A stretch of DNA of 56,700 nt from Paraspadella gotoi (lineage: Eukaryota > Animalia > Chaetognatha), in the NCBI GenBank assembly GCA_051294375.1, contig CM119268.1, positions 12,500,237-12,556,936 of the forward strand, read 5' to 3'. The notes beneath the pieces were generated by a model. It was not told where the DNA came from and ran no database searches. It worked only from the letters and a program-made list of their open reading frames with translations. Below, piece by piece: positions 14,052-28,467 of this stretch. Every line of letters begins with the position of its first letter. Positions within the stretch are counted from its first letter, which is position 1. The position numbers and the translations under genes were made by a program.

Positions 14052-17000
14052 GGAGGAGAGTGGTAATGGGTAAGGGTAATCATAGATTTATGCTTTTATG
14101 GAATATTGAGTTGATAAAACGTTGCGAAGAGAATAATTTAAGGTTTTTTGGATTAGATTATATTATGGGAGAAAGGTTATTCAGACGCACGAGGAATTTT
14201 GTTCGCGAGGTGGAAAATGTAGTTATATAGGGTATAGAGAGGTAAATTATCAAAATAAAAGATGGTATAACAATTCGTGTCTATATGACTACTAAGAGTG
14301 AGAGGAACAATTGGAATTGGATTTAGGTGGCAATATGAGTACCATTGGTTGAGAGGTGCTCAAGATGAATATGATAGCGTATATCATAATAGACCGCGTG
14401 GGGTACGGTGTGTTGTGTTTGTGTCAAATAGGAGCTTCTAACGAGCAGCGTGCAACAGCAAATGGGTGTTGACTTGATTTAATGCAGTGGTGATAAGTGT
14501 TGGGGCGTTTTGGTGTTCGATCTTTAGGGTGAGAGCGTGATAGAGGGATAAGGAGATGCGTTGTTTGTAATCGGTCTATTCAGGGTTTTGGATGCGTTGA
14601 TACAGGAGACTAGACGCGGAATTTTGTGCGCAGCTCGCCCTGTATTGTGGGCGGCTGTGCTAATTGTTGACACTGGTGCTAGATTTGACGGTGATTTATG
14701 GGATATTGACGACCGGGTGACAAATGGGGAATTGATTCAGAACGTGGCTGATGGGCAGTGCCTGGAGATGATGATGGTGGGATGAGGGTGTGAGCCACCA
14801 GCACGACTGAGTGTAGGCGGTCGATTGGAAGCGCGAGTGATTTTTATGAGTCGTGCGGCGGGTTTGATGCGGTCCAACGTTACCGTTCTGGGCCTCGACG
14901 CAGGGACGTCTACGACGTAATTGCGTTGGCGTCGTTCGGAGGATGCGGTTGGTGGCTAAGAGTAAGTGTGGGTGAATGGAGCGCCACTGTTGGAGGCCGT
15001 GCGGATTGAAACAAAATCTGGTGTTATCATGACGTCCAGAGAGTTAGGGATTTTTGGTCAAAGCTTGGCATGCGCAGTGCCGGGGATAGAGTTGTTATTT
15101 AAGTGATTAGTCAGATACGAAGGATTATGTTGCGTGGGTAGTTCAGTGTCTGCGCGGTGCAGACCATACGATTACACTTCGGTTGTAGAGATTCAGTAGA
15201 TGTGTTGAGTGGCTACAGCTTATGGTTCTCATTCTGTTAATAAGGTCGAGGAGGACCGGGTGTGTGTGCTTGGCGATGGCCATTGGAGTCAGCCTGTTGA
15301 AGTTTTTCGAGTTTTCGAAATTCTGGCCTTGGCGGCAGCGAGTTTGTGGGGCTAGGCGGAGCGGGCGGGTGTGTACTGAGGGCCCTTGGAGAGATGTGAT
15401 GCTCAACCCCATGGCGAGATTGGGCGGTCGAAATGATGGCGCTCGTGAGAGCGGGGCGGGCATCAAGGAGCTGAGTGGAACACATTATGGACGTGATTCA
15501 CTCATGATGATCGTGGGCAAAGTTTGACTTGGCCCTTGAGGGATGCTGGTTGGTTTGACAATCTTCGCAGACACGAGGATTCTAGTTTTGGGAAAGGTGG
15601 CGAGGTTTTTTATGACCATCAGGAAGGTCATTTTTATCTAGAAGATTGTGGGGTGAGGCGAGTAGGAAGGATTCACAGCGACATGGTGATAGTATACTTG
15701 GAAGTGTGTGTTTGCCGAGGCGTATGTCATTGGAGAGCGTAGATTGTGAGGGGATTTGTAGTTACGGTAATTTATTTGCCATAAAACAGGGGATGTGGCT
15801 GTGTGGTTTGCCGGTTGTGGAGGGGGGCGTGGCTGGGAGGCTGGAGACTCGGGCATCGGCGCTCCGATCGGGAGGTTGGAAAATATAAAGGTGATATAGG
15901 ATGGCGCACCGGTGTCGCGAAAGCCACGTGAAGGTGCCGTTGTTATTGCTGTGAGCGGAACCGTGGAGCAGGGTTTTGACAAGATGCGATGGCAGAAGAG
16001 ATGTGAGAGTAGTAGGACGATGCGGCGAGCGTCATCACACTCAATGTTCGGGCCGCCGGCCCGGGCGAATATGTCACACAGAGCGGACAGGAGCGTGCGC
16101 CAGGAGTGATACGCAGGTTTTCGGAGGCTCTCTCTGATAATCGCGGTCGGAATTCTAGAGAGTGGGTACACAGCATAAGTCTCAAATGCAAGTAGTGTGG
16201 CAGTTGAGTGGGCATTGGGAGGAAGTATGGAGTGACAGCATTTAGTGAGATTAACGCTGTTGAATTTATAACAGGTATATGACATCCTCCGTATCAGCTT
16301 CAATGTATTTAGAAGAGAACGAGTGTGGCCTAGAACTCGACACAGATTTCCGTTGTAGGTGCGAGTTTGGCGCCATCGGCCTGGTACATACGATATGGCA
16401 GTTTGTCAAGTGGAGCTGGTCGTGGTGTTTATAGCAGGCTGCGGTGCGGTCGTAAAAAGCAGTTCGGCATGGTACTTGCATGCTTCATGCATGATAGATT
16501 TGTGGAATCCGTGAAGGCTAATAGATTACTGAACGATCGATGTTGGTGCAATGTTGCAGGTTGGTCGATAAGGATTCTTTAGAATTAGCCTTGCTTAATA
16601 TATTTTCGATAGGGTAGACTGGCATGAAATATGGTTGCTAATATTGAGAGATGTTGGGTCCTCAACCGCTGCATTCAAAATGATGGTTTTGTAGAAGTAC
16701 CTTGCAGCGTCGATTGTCAGGTTTTCAGATAGAAAAGAAGATCAGGAGTATTTGAGTAACTAAAATTTGCGTAACGAGGGAGTGCGGTCGGGAACATAGA
16801 AGTTATTGTGAGAGAAGCGAATTGTGAGTATTGTCGATTGTATAATACGTGCGTAGAGAGAATTAGTGACGTGTGGAGGTCAGCGAACGAGTAGGATATA
16901 TATTCTAAATTGGTAATTAAACATCAGAGAGTGAACACTACGATGGATGTGCGACGCAGAGCTGACTCTCTTATATTTTATTGTGTTTCGTTTTGTTTTG

Positions 17001-18100
17001 TTTTGATATTAATTATGTTTTTGTGTGATATTTGTGTGGGTAGAGTGTTGTGTGTGGGTGTGCGTTGTGTCGGCGTTTTTTTTTTTTTTTGTGTGTGTGT
17101 GTTTTGTTGGTGTTTTTGTTTCTTCGTTGTCTGTTGTGTTTTGTATCATGGAGTGTCTGGGTGTTTTGGTTGTGTGAATTGTTGGAAACTCGTGTGCTCT
17201 TGTCTTGTTTTTGTTTTTTGCTTGTGTTTTCTGTGTCACTCTTTTTGTTTTTTCTCTCTTGTGTTCGTGAAATTGCTGATAATTTTTTGTGTTGGGTGTT
17301 TATAATGTGTTTGTAGTTTCTGTCTTTGTTGTTTTGTATCTTTATCTCGTTTGTATATCGCTGCGAGGGTTAGGGTGGTTTGCGCCGAGTGTTCTTATAT
17401 ATATGGTGCGTTTTCTATGTGGTGTTGATTTTCGTGCTCTCAGATTTCTTCGTTGTTTGGGTGGTCGATTGATTATTTCCTGTCTATTTTTTTGTTGTGA
17501 TGTGTCACTGTGTGTGTGTTCTGGTGTTAGGTTGTGTGTTTGTGTGATCTGGATACGTCGTTGCTCGTTAATTCTGGTTTTTTGCAAAGGTGGCTGAGGC
17601 ACGACTGACGGAAGGCTAGGTGTGTGATGCTCTGATCAGACTGTCGTTTATGCAGAGTTTTTGTATAACATATTTATATCCTCCAGAGAGTGAGCTCGAT
17701 CGTAAATTTAGGTACCATATTCGTTGTGTTATAGGGTATTCTCATTGTGATAGGAGCGTCGCCGTGAAAGCAGGAGCTCTTGTAATAAGATGAGGCGTGC
17801 CAGAGGTCCAATTAGCACGCGAAACTGAGTTACTTTGATAGAGATATAAGAAATGTGAGTAACATGAATAAAAGGGGTATAGCATAGGAGATCTTGCGAG
17901 AGACTTGAAGGTGAGGTATGAGCAGCCACACCGACGGCGCCAAAAGTTACTCTCATAATTTATTAGATTGTGGTATTTATCGTGTCGTCTTGTAGATATA
18001 TAATTTGACTGTGACACTCTTTCAGTCTTAGTGTCTGAGTTTGTTAATTTCTCATTAATCTTCAGCAATATATTTTCTATTTTGACACTTTTGTTATATA
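14052..18100 (-). mobile_element. Heavily frameshifted Ty3/Gypsy LTR retrotransposon (integrase recognisable, boundaries approximate)
   Basis: In minus-strand order: PBS-like TGGCGCCGTC (17942-17933); integrase zinc-finger RVCEDCQ (~15575-15555); core remnants IIDR.SRWVE (~15440-15400, needs indels) and QGQNFE (~15335-15315); C-terminal NYVVDVP..RTVTLDRIKPA (~14925-14857). Confidence 0.7.
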
Positions 18101-21100
18101 GAGTGATTTTGAAAGAGTTTTATGAGTTTTAAATTAATATTAGTATAATTTGGATGTGAGTATAAGAGTTGAGAGTCAAGTGATTTTTCTTATTGTATTT
18201 TTGTCGGGACGATTTAGTCCATATTTTTTAGTTGATATACGAATATGGCGGAAATTTTAAAATTTGAAAATGAAAGGTTGAGAACAGATATTCATACCGT
18301 TTATATTTTTTTCAATACAGGTATAGATTTCGGAAAAATCAATAAAAGAGAAGAACAGAAAGTAATCAACAATGCAAAGACAATGTGATAAACAATTGTG
18401 TAAAACTAACTAAAGGAAAGGAAACAATGAATTGGTTTAGTGGCCCAATTAAGTAGACCCACCTTAACGTCAAAATGAGATGTGATTCAACTATCTAGAT
18501 ACGATTTGGGCGTATGTCGTCGAGAGTATGAGTTAGGTTAGTTTCAATGTTAGCAATAAATAAAAAGAATAATATGAGGGTAAAAGCTTCTAAGGCAAAA
18601 AGACTATAATATAAATGATTAAAAGCTTTATCATATTAAGTAGTCGAACATACTCAAAAGCTTTTAATTAAGGCTTTTAATATAAGATTTGACTTGCGAT
18701 TATAGATTGTGCAACGGATAAATAAATATTTCCACTTTAGACTTGTGTAATTATTTAGCAATCATTTCTAAATGATATGAATACTTATCTTTAAAATCAC
18801 TCAATATTTATATAAACAGGTTTTTTGTATTTTTATGGGATGAAAACTGTTTAATGTTTTAGTTATATTTCACTAAGCAAAAGTGAACTTAACCACTTTC
18901 TTTGATTTCAAATTTTACCATTTTTTTCAATTTTTTTTCATCAAATTGCTTTAAATCGAGAAGATGATCGGAAAAATTGGAGCAGCGAATTTTCTTTTTT
19001 TTATCTTTGGGGCATAGTATTATATTCAAATTCAAAAAATTAAGGGACACAAGAGGTACAATATCATAGTTTGTATTTATCTCCGCGCTAATGTTCACAA
19101 ACACATTCTCTCCACTCTTTCTCCCAGTCGAGAAGCTTCTGAAACAGACGCGAATTTTTATGACGCTCGAACTTAGAGGAATTATATAAAAAGTTTTTTT
19201 TTCGTGAGATCAGTCTGGTTAGATCTCGCCCGTTGCAGACTCGCTGTTCATAGTCAAAGCCAATCCGCCTGAGACATCAGAGAAAAAACATGTTCTATTG
19301 AGCACGCAGTAGCACGCGAGTAGTTGCAGCGAAAATCGGAGTGTAGAATTATTCCAGCGATAAAGCACGCGTCACTCTTTTTTGGGGAAAACACTTTTCT
19401 CGATGAATGTGCTGGTTATAAGATGTGTGATGGTAGATGGCGAGGTCTGAGGTAGTGTTGAGGAAGAAGATTTACAGAAAGTGGATAGTTAAGTTGGATG
19501 AGGTGAGAAGAATATGGGTGAGGGAAATAATTCAATTAACACGGGAAGCAAAAATGCCCTTCTTTGAGTGTGGCATGCTTCTGTGTAAGACAGAAAATCG
19601 TGTCCGTTCACTTTTTTTTCATATTGGGGGTAGGTTGCCTAGCCGGACCTTTTGAAACTATAATTTGGGAGATATTAAACAGGAGGGAAATTGACCGGCT
19701 AAATAATTATTTTTTTGATCTTTTAGGATTACGCAGCCTAATCGTGACAGCGAGGTATACCGTTTGCTAGCGCGTTCCTCGGACATCGCAGACGCTAGCA
19801 CAGCTTCGCGCGCGGGATGAACAGCGCAAGCAATAACCAAGTATTGCGGGCAAGGACGACGCCGTGGTTCGGCGAGATAGGCATGCCGCCGCGCTATTCT
19901 CTCAGCAGTGCCGGCCAGCGGAAGACGCAAGGATATATAGAAGCGGACAGACGAGAACATACAGTCTGCGCACAGTGTCAAGAAAAGGCCGACTGCCAAA
20001 AAGACCGGCCCACACGCCGCACAGACGCATGTCTTTTACCATTATACAGACAGAACATACAGACAGACCACACACTCTCATCCACGTTTTCACAGTTACA
20101 CTACTTCGTTTACGCGATATATATATTTCCAGCCGTTGGCCCCGTCCCCAAAAGACGCTCTGGGCGCCGCGCAGCGCGTCGCCCCCATACGACTGACTAA
20201 AATCATGTACCACTTTTTATTCTTTATGCGTCTCAAGCAATTAAGGATTGAAATTCGTTGAACCCAGATGCCAACAAGGAACTCATTCATGTACTTGTAC
20301 TTTGGTACTTGAATAAGCTCGATTCTTTTTATTATTTTTAATGAAAAAGGTTTTAAATTTTTAAAATGGCGGACGAATGCGGGATGAGATTTATTAGTAA
20401 CTGGATTAGTTGAGGAAGATCATCGATTAGATAACTCTGGGTGCTCGGCATTGGATATTACCGCGCCTGAGGTCGCGATGGATTGCTCATACTATGTCGT
20501 TGTTATAGTACTCTACATATAGTGACTATCAGCTTATGAAAATTTTTTTTATTTGTTCAATAGAAGTGCACTGATCCTCTTGTTTTAACATAGCAGACTA
20601 ATTCCTCAATGCATCTTTTCTTGCTTGCCCACGTTGGGTGAAAAGTTCAAAGATAGCATGCAACAAACGAGGGACACATTTTTGTCTGTATAACTTTAAA
20701 GGTGAACTAATTTTTGCTGAAATCTCTCGATTATCTTATTTAAGACCTCGTTCGAAGAACTTATATATGGGAAACTGAATAGTATTTATTGTTACGTCAG
20801 TCTTACAACGTCGGCTTTCTTAATTTGGTTTTAACATTTTTCTTTTTTTGGATCCACTGTGCAGTGGCCGAACTCTGGATTCCTATAGCTTATTTTTTTT
20901 TTGACGGAATGATCAAAAGTCGAAAACAGTTCTGAGCGCGTTTTACAACCTTATGACGAGGATCAGTAGGGAGACGGTGCGATTATATATTGAAATAGTT
21001 ACAGAGGGACTGATTAGGTACATCAGTATTTACGCTTTAGGGCTGAATTCTACAGTTTCTTGCTAGATGGGATTGCAATAAGAGATATATTGTGAGGTCG

Positions 21101-23294
21101 TCGAGATAAGCTTCTTGTGCGCAATCAAACATCAGGACTGTAATCCGAAGCTTACAAAGGAAGAATGTAATCTATATGGTTAATTGTACGTTATGAACCA
21201 TTATTTTTTATAGAAAATAATACTAAAATATTTTTAAATAAGGATAAATTATATTCACCTAATTTTCAACGAAAGAAACCAGCTAATGACGACAATGGCG
21301 ACTGTATTTTTTACTGTGTTCTACTGAACTATTTTTTCCCCTCGTACACAAAAAGCTTAAGAGGTTCCCGGACCCATCGTTATCTCTCCCAGCAAAAACT
21401 TCTTTTCTTTCCTCTTTTTCTCTAACTCGAGCCGGTAATTCCTTAAGTTCGAGCTCGTCAATGAGCATGATCCGATATATCAGATTCATCTTTTTTAGAT
21501 GGAACATAACCGCGCGCAACGAGAGAGAGAAAGAAACCTCACGATCTGGTATCGTTTCAATATTGGTTGGTCGGATGACAAACGTTCAGATTAGTTTCTT
21601 AATTCAACTGATCGAAAGTCTCAGTTTCTGAGACGACCCCGGTGACCTTCGCGTCTTCTCGTCGGACCGCAGGACCAATAAGCCTCATCCCCTGACCGAG
21701 ATCTCAGTCACGTCTTCTCGACGTCGTTCCGAAAATGTGGCGCCCTCTCACGATCAACCTCCTCTCTATTAGCCAACGCGCGGTTGGCCAAGCAACCGGT
21801 CGCCTTTTCGACCTCGTCATATTATAGTCAAGTCGTAATTCTCTTTAATGAATCACGTTTCAGGCTCTACAAATAGATCCGGGGATGATCTTTTTAACAC
21901 AGCATACCCTCGTTTTTCACATAAGTTTTCCCGCAATGAAACTAACTAGTAGCGACCAAACGTTTTTCTTTTCAAATATAACGACTGATCATCTTTACTC
22001 ATCAAGTTTTCCTAAATCTCTAAATGTAAAAAAAAGGAACTGTTACAGAAAACAAGTTTAGCAAACATGTCGGATTGCCCACGATCATTAGCGGTAATTA
22101 ATTAACTTAATACAAACTATATAAATACAAAAAATTGATTAATTGAATTAATTAATAGATTGATAATTGACCGGGGATGTAAGTTTATTATGGATTAATT
22201 AATTGATAAGTGATTAATTAAACTGGATTAAATTGATTAATTAAGTACACTTTGCGGCGGGGTTTTACAGTTTAATATAAAAATAAAAAGAAGCAGTCAC
22301 TGCGGGCGTTATCCTAGGACGGTCTCGCTTCAACGCAGACGAATCATTGCTGTGGATGGTGTGTTCTTGACCATGGATTTGGGGCTGAAGGATGGTTGAC
22401 GTAGGCGGTGTGAATATACCGCCACAGCATAATCAATTTATGAAACTGTTTTTATCGAGCCATGACCGGGCAAAGTCGTTCAGGCTCATATTATTCGGGT
22501 CAGCTTTCTTTGTGACGTCGTCGTCGCGTCGTCGTTCGTCGTCGTCGGCGTCACGCTTTTGTATAAAACTACTACGCCCTAAAGTTTGACTTACTACCCA
22601 CACACAAAAATTTCATTCCAATCCATGATCCAATAGTAATTTGGTGTTTTTACTTAAGGTGGGGACAGACGGACGGACGGATGGATAACAGACATACAGG
22701 ACGGAAGGACTTAATTTTTTTTTCCATAATTTATCATAATTCCTGTTCTGAACATGATATAAGTGCCCGGCAAGAGTCGGATCTGCTGACTGCATTCTGG
22801 AAAACTCACTCCCCGCCAAAAAAAAAAAAAACTCTTACTTCAGTCTCACAGTAGCTCCAAAAATCATTCAATCTACAGTGAGATCTGATTATTATTATTA
22901 GTAAGAAAGAACTAAAATTGCATCGAATTGGTTTCAAAATTCCAATGGCCCTAAGAATTGTTTTTGGCTCCCTCTGTTAAACGCCGTCGCAAAAAACGGT
23001 TACCTATTTGGAAGTATTTAGGCATTATTACTTTACAATGTAAAACAAATTTCTCTCTCTCGCGTATAAAATGAATGCCACTGGTACAATTGCAAATTCG
23101 ATTCCATTCGCTTTTCTGATTTCATAAATCGATTCATCTCATTTTATCTCGACAATCTACTTGGGTTCAGCGCTTGGTTCCGAATTAAAGTTTTTTTGCC
23201 TCCAAATAAATCCTCGATTATTCCTTACCCCACAATTAAATTTTCGGCGAAAAAAAGAGAAAAAATCCTTTAAAACTATGCTTTGCTTCTACCT

Positions 23295-23435
23295 GTTCCC
23301 ATTTTTAGTCGATCTGCTCTACTTTGTCGGTCGCGTGCCCTCAATCTTGCGGGCAATGACTATATCATGTCAGAATGCTAATTATGATAAATATGCAAAA
23401 AAAAACGATGTCCGTCCGTCTGTCTGTCGTTGTCT

Positions 23436-23472
<37 letters not shown>

Positions 23473-23960
23473 TGATAGGATGGATGGATTTGATGAATTT
23501 TGTGTGGGTAGGGAATTGTGTAATTGATTGGATAAGTTCGATGGAATCGTGCGAGTGGAAATGAGTTTAAATGGAAAAATAAAACAGATTTTTTCACTAT
23601 TTGAAGCCAATTACTCATAGGTGGACGGGGCGATTGACTTGAATTTTGAATTGGTGTAGGAAAGTATGTGATTAAGCTGGAAATCAAGTTTCGATAGAAT
23701 CTTCGATAATGATTTTATATGGAAAAACAAAAAAAAAAACTGTTTCACTAATTGATTATGCTTCTTTTTCTTTTATGATAATGTAAATGCAAGATGTATT
23801 AATAATCAAATAATTATTCCCAGTTAATTGATTAATTAATTAGTAATATAATTAATTAAATCGGTAATTATCAACAATTAATTAATCAATCAATTTATTT
23901 AGTTATCTATTAATAATTATTCAATCAATCAATTTATTTATAAGTTAACATAATTATTTA
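23295..23960 (-). mobile_element. Helentron/DINE-1-like non-autonomous element copy (short partial copy also at 22590-22790 +)
   Basis: Reverse complement of the family at 43560-44713, including the (GACA)n/(GACG)n tract and core subrepeats. Confidence 0.65.
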
Positions 23961-25779
23961 ATCATTAATCAATCAATCAAGTCAATCCTTATCGACATTA
24001 TTGTCGTCATCGACATCATCGTCGTCGGTTGCTTTTTCGGTGAAACAGTGACGAAAAGAACTAAAAACAAACATTTCGGATAAAATTAATTAATTTATTA
24101 ATTAAATTATTATTTAGTTTATATAGTTTTTTATTAATTTAATTAATTAATTACCGCTTATGATCGTGGGCCAAAGGATTAGTGGAATCTCGAGAGAGTA
24201 GTGAGTGAGAGAGCAACCGCTTTGGAAGAGAGAATAATGCGGGTAAAGGAAGCTATGAAAAAGAGAAATTCATTCGTTGCAACCATCGAGGCGAAGAGCA
24301 GCGCCGGTGGTGCAGCATTTGGGAGGCGATCACGGAAGCAGCAGCGATAGGACAGAACAACGAAAATCATGATGAACCAAAAGTAGAGAAGTACGTTGAT
24401 GGCGCGGTCATTTCTGTCAATGACGCAATAGATCGGATCGACTTGCAGCTTCTGCGTCACTCATTGGTTAACAAGAGCATCACGTTTAAGGACCTGAACT
24501 CAATGATCAATGGACAAATCATCTTGCGATTGATTGCATCATCTCAGGCTTTGTTAGCAGCAACTGAATCAATTCAATTGCTTTTCTGTATGGAAGGCTC
24601 ATACCTGGGAGAGGTTAGCATCAAAACTCTCCTTTTATCCACTTCCTCAAAAAAAAAAACCGCTGAAAAACCCCGCTTCGTAACCCTAAAAAATCCACAT
24701 TCTATAAACCATGAACCAACAGTTAAAAAATTCTCCCTCCATCATCCACACCTTCAAAAACCCCCATTCTATCAACACTCCCTCAAAGATCCCTTCCACA
24801 CCGCCCTGGACGCCTTCGTTCTCGCGAGACACGGAGATGAAACGAGGCCGCGTCGCTTCCTCACGCTACATTTTGTAGAATGTTATGTTGTCGGGACGTT
24901 GGTCGTTGTCGTTTTCGTTACCCGGTTTCTTATTGTCGAATTCGCTGAGCCTTGTTTTTTTTTTGCATCGACTATCTCGTATGAAAAGTATAAAGAACAG
25001 TTCACAATTTTTTAAAAAATAATTTTCAGAGGCTGTCAAACATACATGCTCTACAAATCATTCACTTAATTAGAAAGTCTGTGGGAATAGCAAGATGAGC
25101 TTAATGAAAATGTTTACCAAGCGATCTAATAAAAAACAACTAAAACCGGTCAACATTCCCATTCACTATCCCTATCATGTGAGATACTCGACCATCTCTT
25201 TTTCCTCCCAACGATGATTTTACGACGCATTTTCTACACTTGACTCCATTGTTTTTCCATTGCGATGAAAAAGGGAAAGCGGGAAGTCTGCGATCTTTTC
25301 TTCGCATTCGTTTCATTCCGGCTAATGAAAAAGACGATTTTATTACTCTCCCTCCCTTCCTTAGATCGCTCTGGCCGATCAGTCCTTTTTTTTATCAAAA
25401 GGAAAAAAAATTCTTATGAAATATTGGTAAAATCGTTTTTAATAAGAACTATTCTATTAGAAATTATAATAATAATGACAACTACTACAATTTGTTCAGC
25501 AAAATTAATTTTGGATCAGAGTTATTTTATGATCATTTTCTTAAACTTTTATCTATTTTATTTAACTAGGCTCATTTTAGTCTGTATAACAAAGATGTTA
25601 AGAATGTAAAACGATCTGGTCAACTAATTTTGCAATGAGGAATAGGTTTTAATGTTTATATTCAATTATGTCTTCTGCATTTTTAATGCCCATTCCCGAC
25701 AACTTAGTCACATTAATCACCAAATTTTGTTCTCTGGTCTGCAGTTGGTTATTTCTTAAGCCCTGGTCCCGGCCACCAA

Positions 25780-25930
25780 TATTGTGCATAAAAAGAAAGC
25801 TGTCTTCGCCAGCTTCCTGAATTTCCCAATCCCAGATCTGTGTTAGCCAACCGTTGGTGCTTTGTGCAATACTCTTTGTACAGCTGCCCTTATACATTGA
25901 ATACATCCAGCCCTCTCCTTTGATAGCCGA
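25780..25930 (-). pseudogene. Possible DDE_1 (pogo/Tigger-like) transposase fragment
   Basis: IKGEGW...SIAQSTNGWLT resembles the (I)xKG...SxNGW(M/I)T segment of DDE_1 transposases; short and isolated. Confidence 0.25.
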
Positions 25931-26557
25931 ATTTGTTCACTCAATGAAAAATTAATTTCTTATTACTAAATTTATTATTAGATTTAATAAATATATTTTT
26001 TATAATCATATCCTTTGATAATGATAGCTCCAATCAGAATTCAAAAGGATACAGTTAAACAATTTTTATCATTTAGCACCTCTAGTAGTCTTACCTTTCA
26101 ATCATTAGTGGAGATTAACCCAAACAACTCTGATCTTTAAATAATAATAATAATAATAATAATAATAATTTTTAATAACTATTTTCATTTACTTAATTTT
26201 ATTCTTAATATTAGTTTTAGTTTTTGTCACTCTGTATTTTGTTTCCTGCCTTTGTTTTTTATTCATTATATAATTTTTTAAAAAAAATAATAAAACAGAG
26301 TTTTTAATGTTTACAAACAATTAATTTTGAAAATATTAAAAATAAACCTCTCTTTTCTTATCTCAAACTCAATAAAATAAAAGATAAAAAGAATATCAAA
26401 CTTGACTTAAAGGCAACAATAATGTGAGGTAGTTACTATGGGTGAAATAGCCGACGCCTTTTGTATCATAAACAACTCCTCTCTTACCTTAGAAGATTTT
26501 TTTAACCGGACAATGTCTTATAATTTATTTTTTTTTGTTTATATTAAGAAGTTTTAA

Positions 26558-26784
26558 GTCCGGATCACTCAATTCAAATTTATAATAGCTAAAACTGAGC
26601 TCGGATTTCGAAGGAGAGCTCCTGACGATTCCGAAAATGTATTTACTTTACTATTTTTTTCAAAGCGTCATCGTTTTTTCGATTTTTTTGGTACTATATA
26701 AAATAAAAGAAACCTATTTGAAGAGTTGCAGCCCAAACAGTAAGCGGTTTCTCATTAAATTGCATGAATTACCTTAAGTCACAA
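26558..26784. mobile_element. Terminal fragment of Kolobok-like MITE family A (runs into an N gap)
   Basis: TTAA then GTCCGGATCACTCAATTCAAATT; matches 52263-52548 and the reverse complement of 50650-50873. Confidence 0.75.
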
Positions 26785-27421
26785 ANNNNNNNNNNNNNNN
26801 NNNNNNNNNNNNNNNNNNNNNNNNNNNNNNNNNNNNNNNNNNNNNNNNNNNNNNNNNNNNNNNNNNNNNNNNNNNNNNNNNNNNNTTTTCCTAAAAGTTG
26901 CCAAAATGGTACTCTTTTATCATTACATACGGGTGGTGATGTTTCTAACCAATCCTTCTTTCGCCCTAATTTGTGTTCTGGTACAAAGTTAATCAACATT
27001 GTAAGTAACAACTGAACAATATTGGAAAGAGTCATTTTTTTCCTAAATGCAACGTTTGTACGCGGAACCTATATTAAAAAAAAAATTTTTTCAAATTTCT
27101 CAATTTTTGCATATGCCTATATTTATGCAATAATATGCATAATATGCATAGTACTTACCATAAAAAAATGTTAAAATTTTAAAATATATATATTTTTTTT
27201 TAAAAGCCAATTCGAATTCCTCACGAAAAGTTGATAAAAAGAAATATAACTTTTTTTAGAAAATTATTTCATTAAGTGGGTCAAAATCCTAAAAAACTGT
27301 TATAGTTAACTTATAATTTAATTTTAGTATAAAAAATATGTTTTTTAATTTTTAGCTAACTTAATGAGAATTTTATTTTATATCAATAATGATACAGTAG
27401 CATACATCAGCAACAAAATAA

Positions 27422-27565
27422 ACATAGTTCGCACTATCCCCGTCGGCTCTTACTTTTCTTCTTTCGATGACGTTCAGGGCTACAAGCACGTCGCCCTCTC
27501 TCCTGCCTCCTACACTTTCTGTAGCTTTGAATGGGCTGGTTGGTGGTTCTGCGACACCACCCTCC
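27422..27565 (+). pseudogene. Reverse transcriptase fragment of the DIRS-like element
   Basis: YFSSFDDVQGYKHVALSPASYTFCSFEWAGWWFCDTTL matches the RT segment Dxx(S/Q)GYxH...FxWxGxxF...LPFG of DIRS-type RTs; the rest lies in an N gap. Confidence 0.8.
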
Positions 27566-28467
27566 NNNNNNNNNNNNNNNNNNNNNNNNNNNNNNNNNNN
27601 NNNNNNNNNNNNNNNNNNNNNNNNNNNNNNNNNNNNNNNNNNNNNNNNNNNNNNNNNNNNNNNNNNNNNNNNNNNNNNNNNNNNNNNNNNNNNNNNNNNN
27701 NNNNNNNNNNNNNNNNNNNNNNNNNNNNNNNNNNNNNNNNNNNNNNNNNNNNNNNNNNNNNNNNNNNNNNNNNNNNNNNNNNNNNNNNNNNNNNNNNNNN
27801 NNNNNNNNNNNNNNNNNNNNNNNNNNNNNNNNNNNNNNNNNNNNNNNNNNNNNNNNNNNNNNNNNNNNNNNNNNNNNNNNNNNNNNNNNNNNNNNNNNNN
27901 NNNNNNNNNNNNNNNNNNNNNNNNNNNNNNNNNNNNNNNNNNNNNNNNNNNNNNNNNNNNNNNNNNNNNNNNNNNNNNNNNNNNNNNNNNNNNNNNNNNN
28001 NNNNNNNNNNNNNNNNNNNNNNNNNNNNNNNNNNNNNNNNNNNNNNNNNNNNNNNNNNNNNNNNNNNNNNNNNNNNNNNNNNNNNNNNNNNNNNNNNNNN
28101 NNNNNNNNNNNNNNNNNNNNNNNNNNNNNNNNNNNNNNNNNNNNNNNNNNNNNNNNNNNNNNNNNNNNNNNNNNNNNNNNNNNNNNNNNNNNNNNNNNNN
28201 NNNNNNNNNNNNNNNNNNNNNNNNNNNNNNNNNNNNNNNNNNNNNNNNNNNNNNNNNNNNNNNNNNNNNNNNNNNNNNNNNNNNNNNNNNNNNNNNNNNN
28301 NNNNNNNNNNNNNNNNNNNNNNNNNNNNNNNNNNNNNNNNNNNNNNNNNNNNNNNNNNNNNNNNNNNNNNNNNNNNNNNNNNNNNNNNNNNNNNNNNNNN
28401 NNNNNNNNNNNNNNNNNNNNNNNNNNNNNNNNNNNNNNNNNNNNNNNNNNNNNNNNNNNNNNNNNNN

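Noticed and set aside
16910-17602. Hydrophobic C/V/F-rich ORFs resembling membrane proteins
   Set aside because: Product of extreme T/G compositional skew.
19817-20200. Cys-containing ORF resembling a piggyBac C-terminal Cys-rich domain (VCAQCQEK)
   Set aside because: Only one CxxC, no recognisable DDD core or termini; the sequence looks noisy.
22300-25015. Short exon-like GC-rich patches (22430-22570, 24180-24620, 24800-24950), also 7973-8101 and 21290-21830
   Set aside because: No recognisable domain or consistent splice chain; cannot be told apart from TE remnants.
26090-26140. AG/GT-bounded micro-exon as a possible next NAF1 exon (also 30715-30765)
   Set aside because: Needs indels or contains stops to resemble NAF1; evidence too weak.
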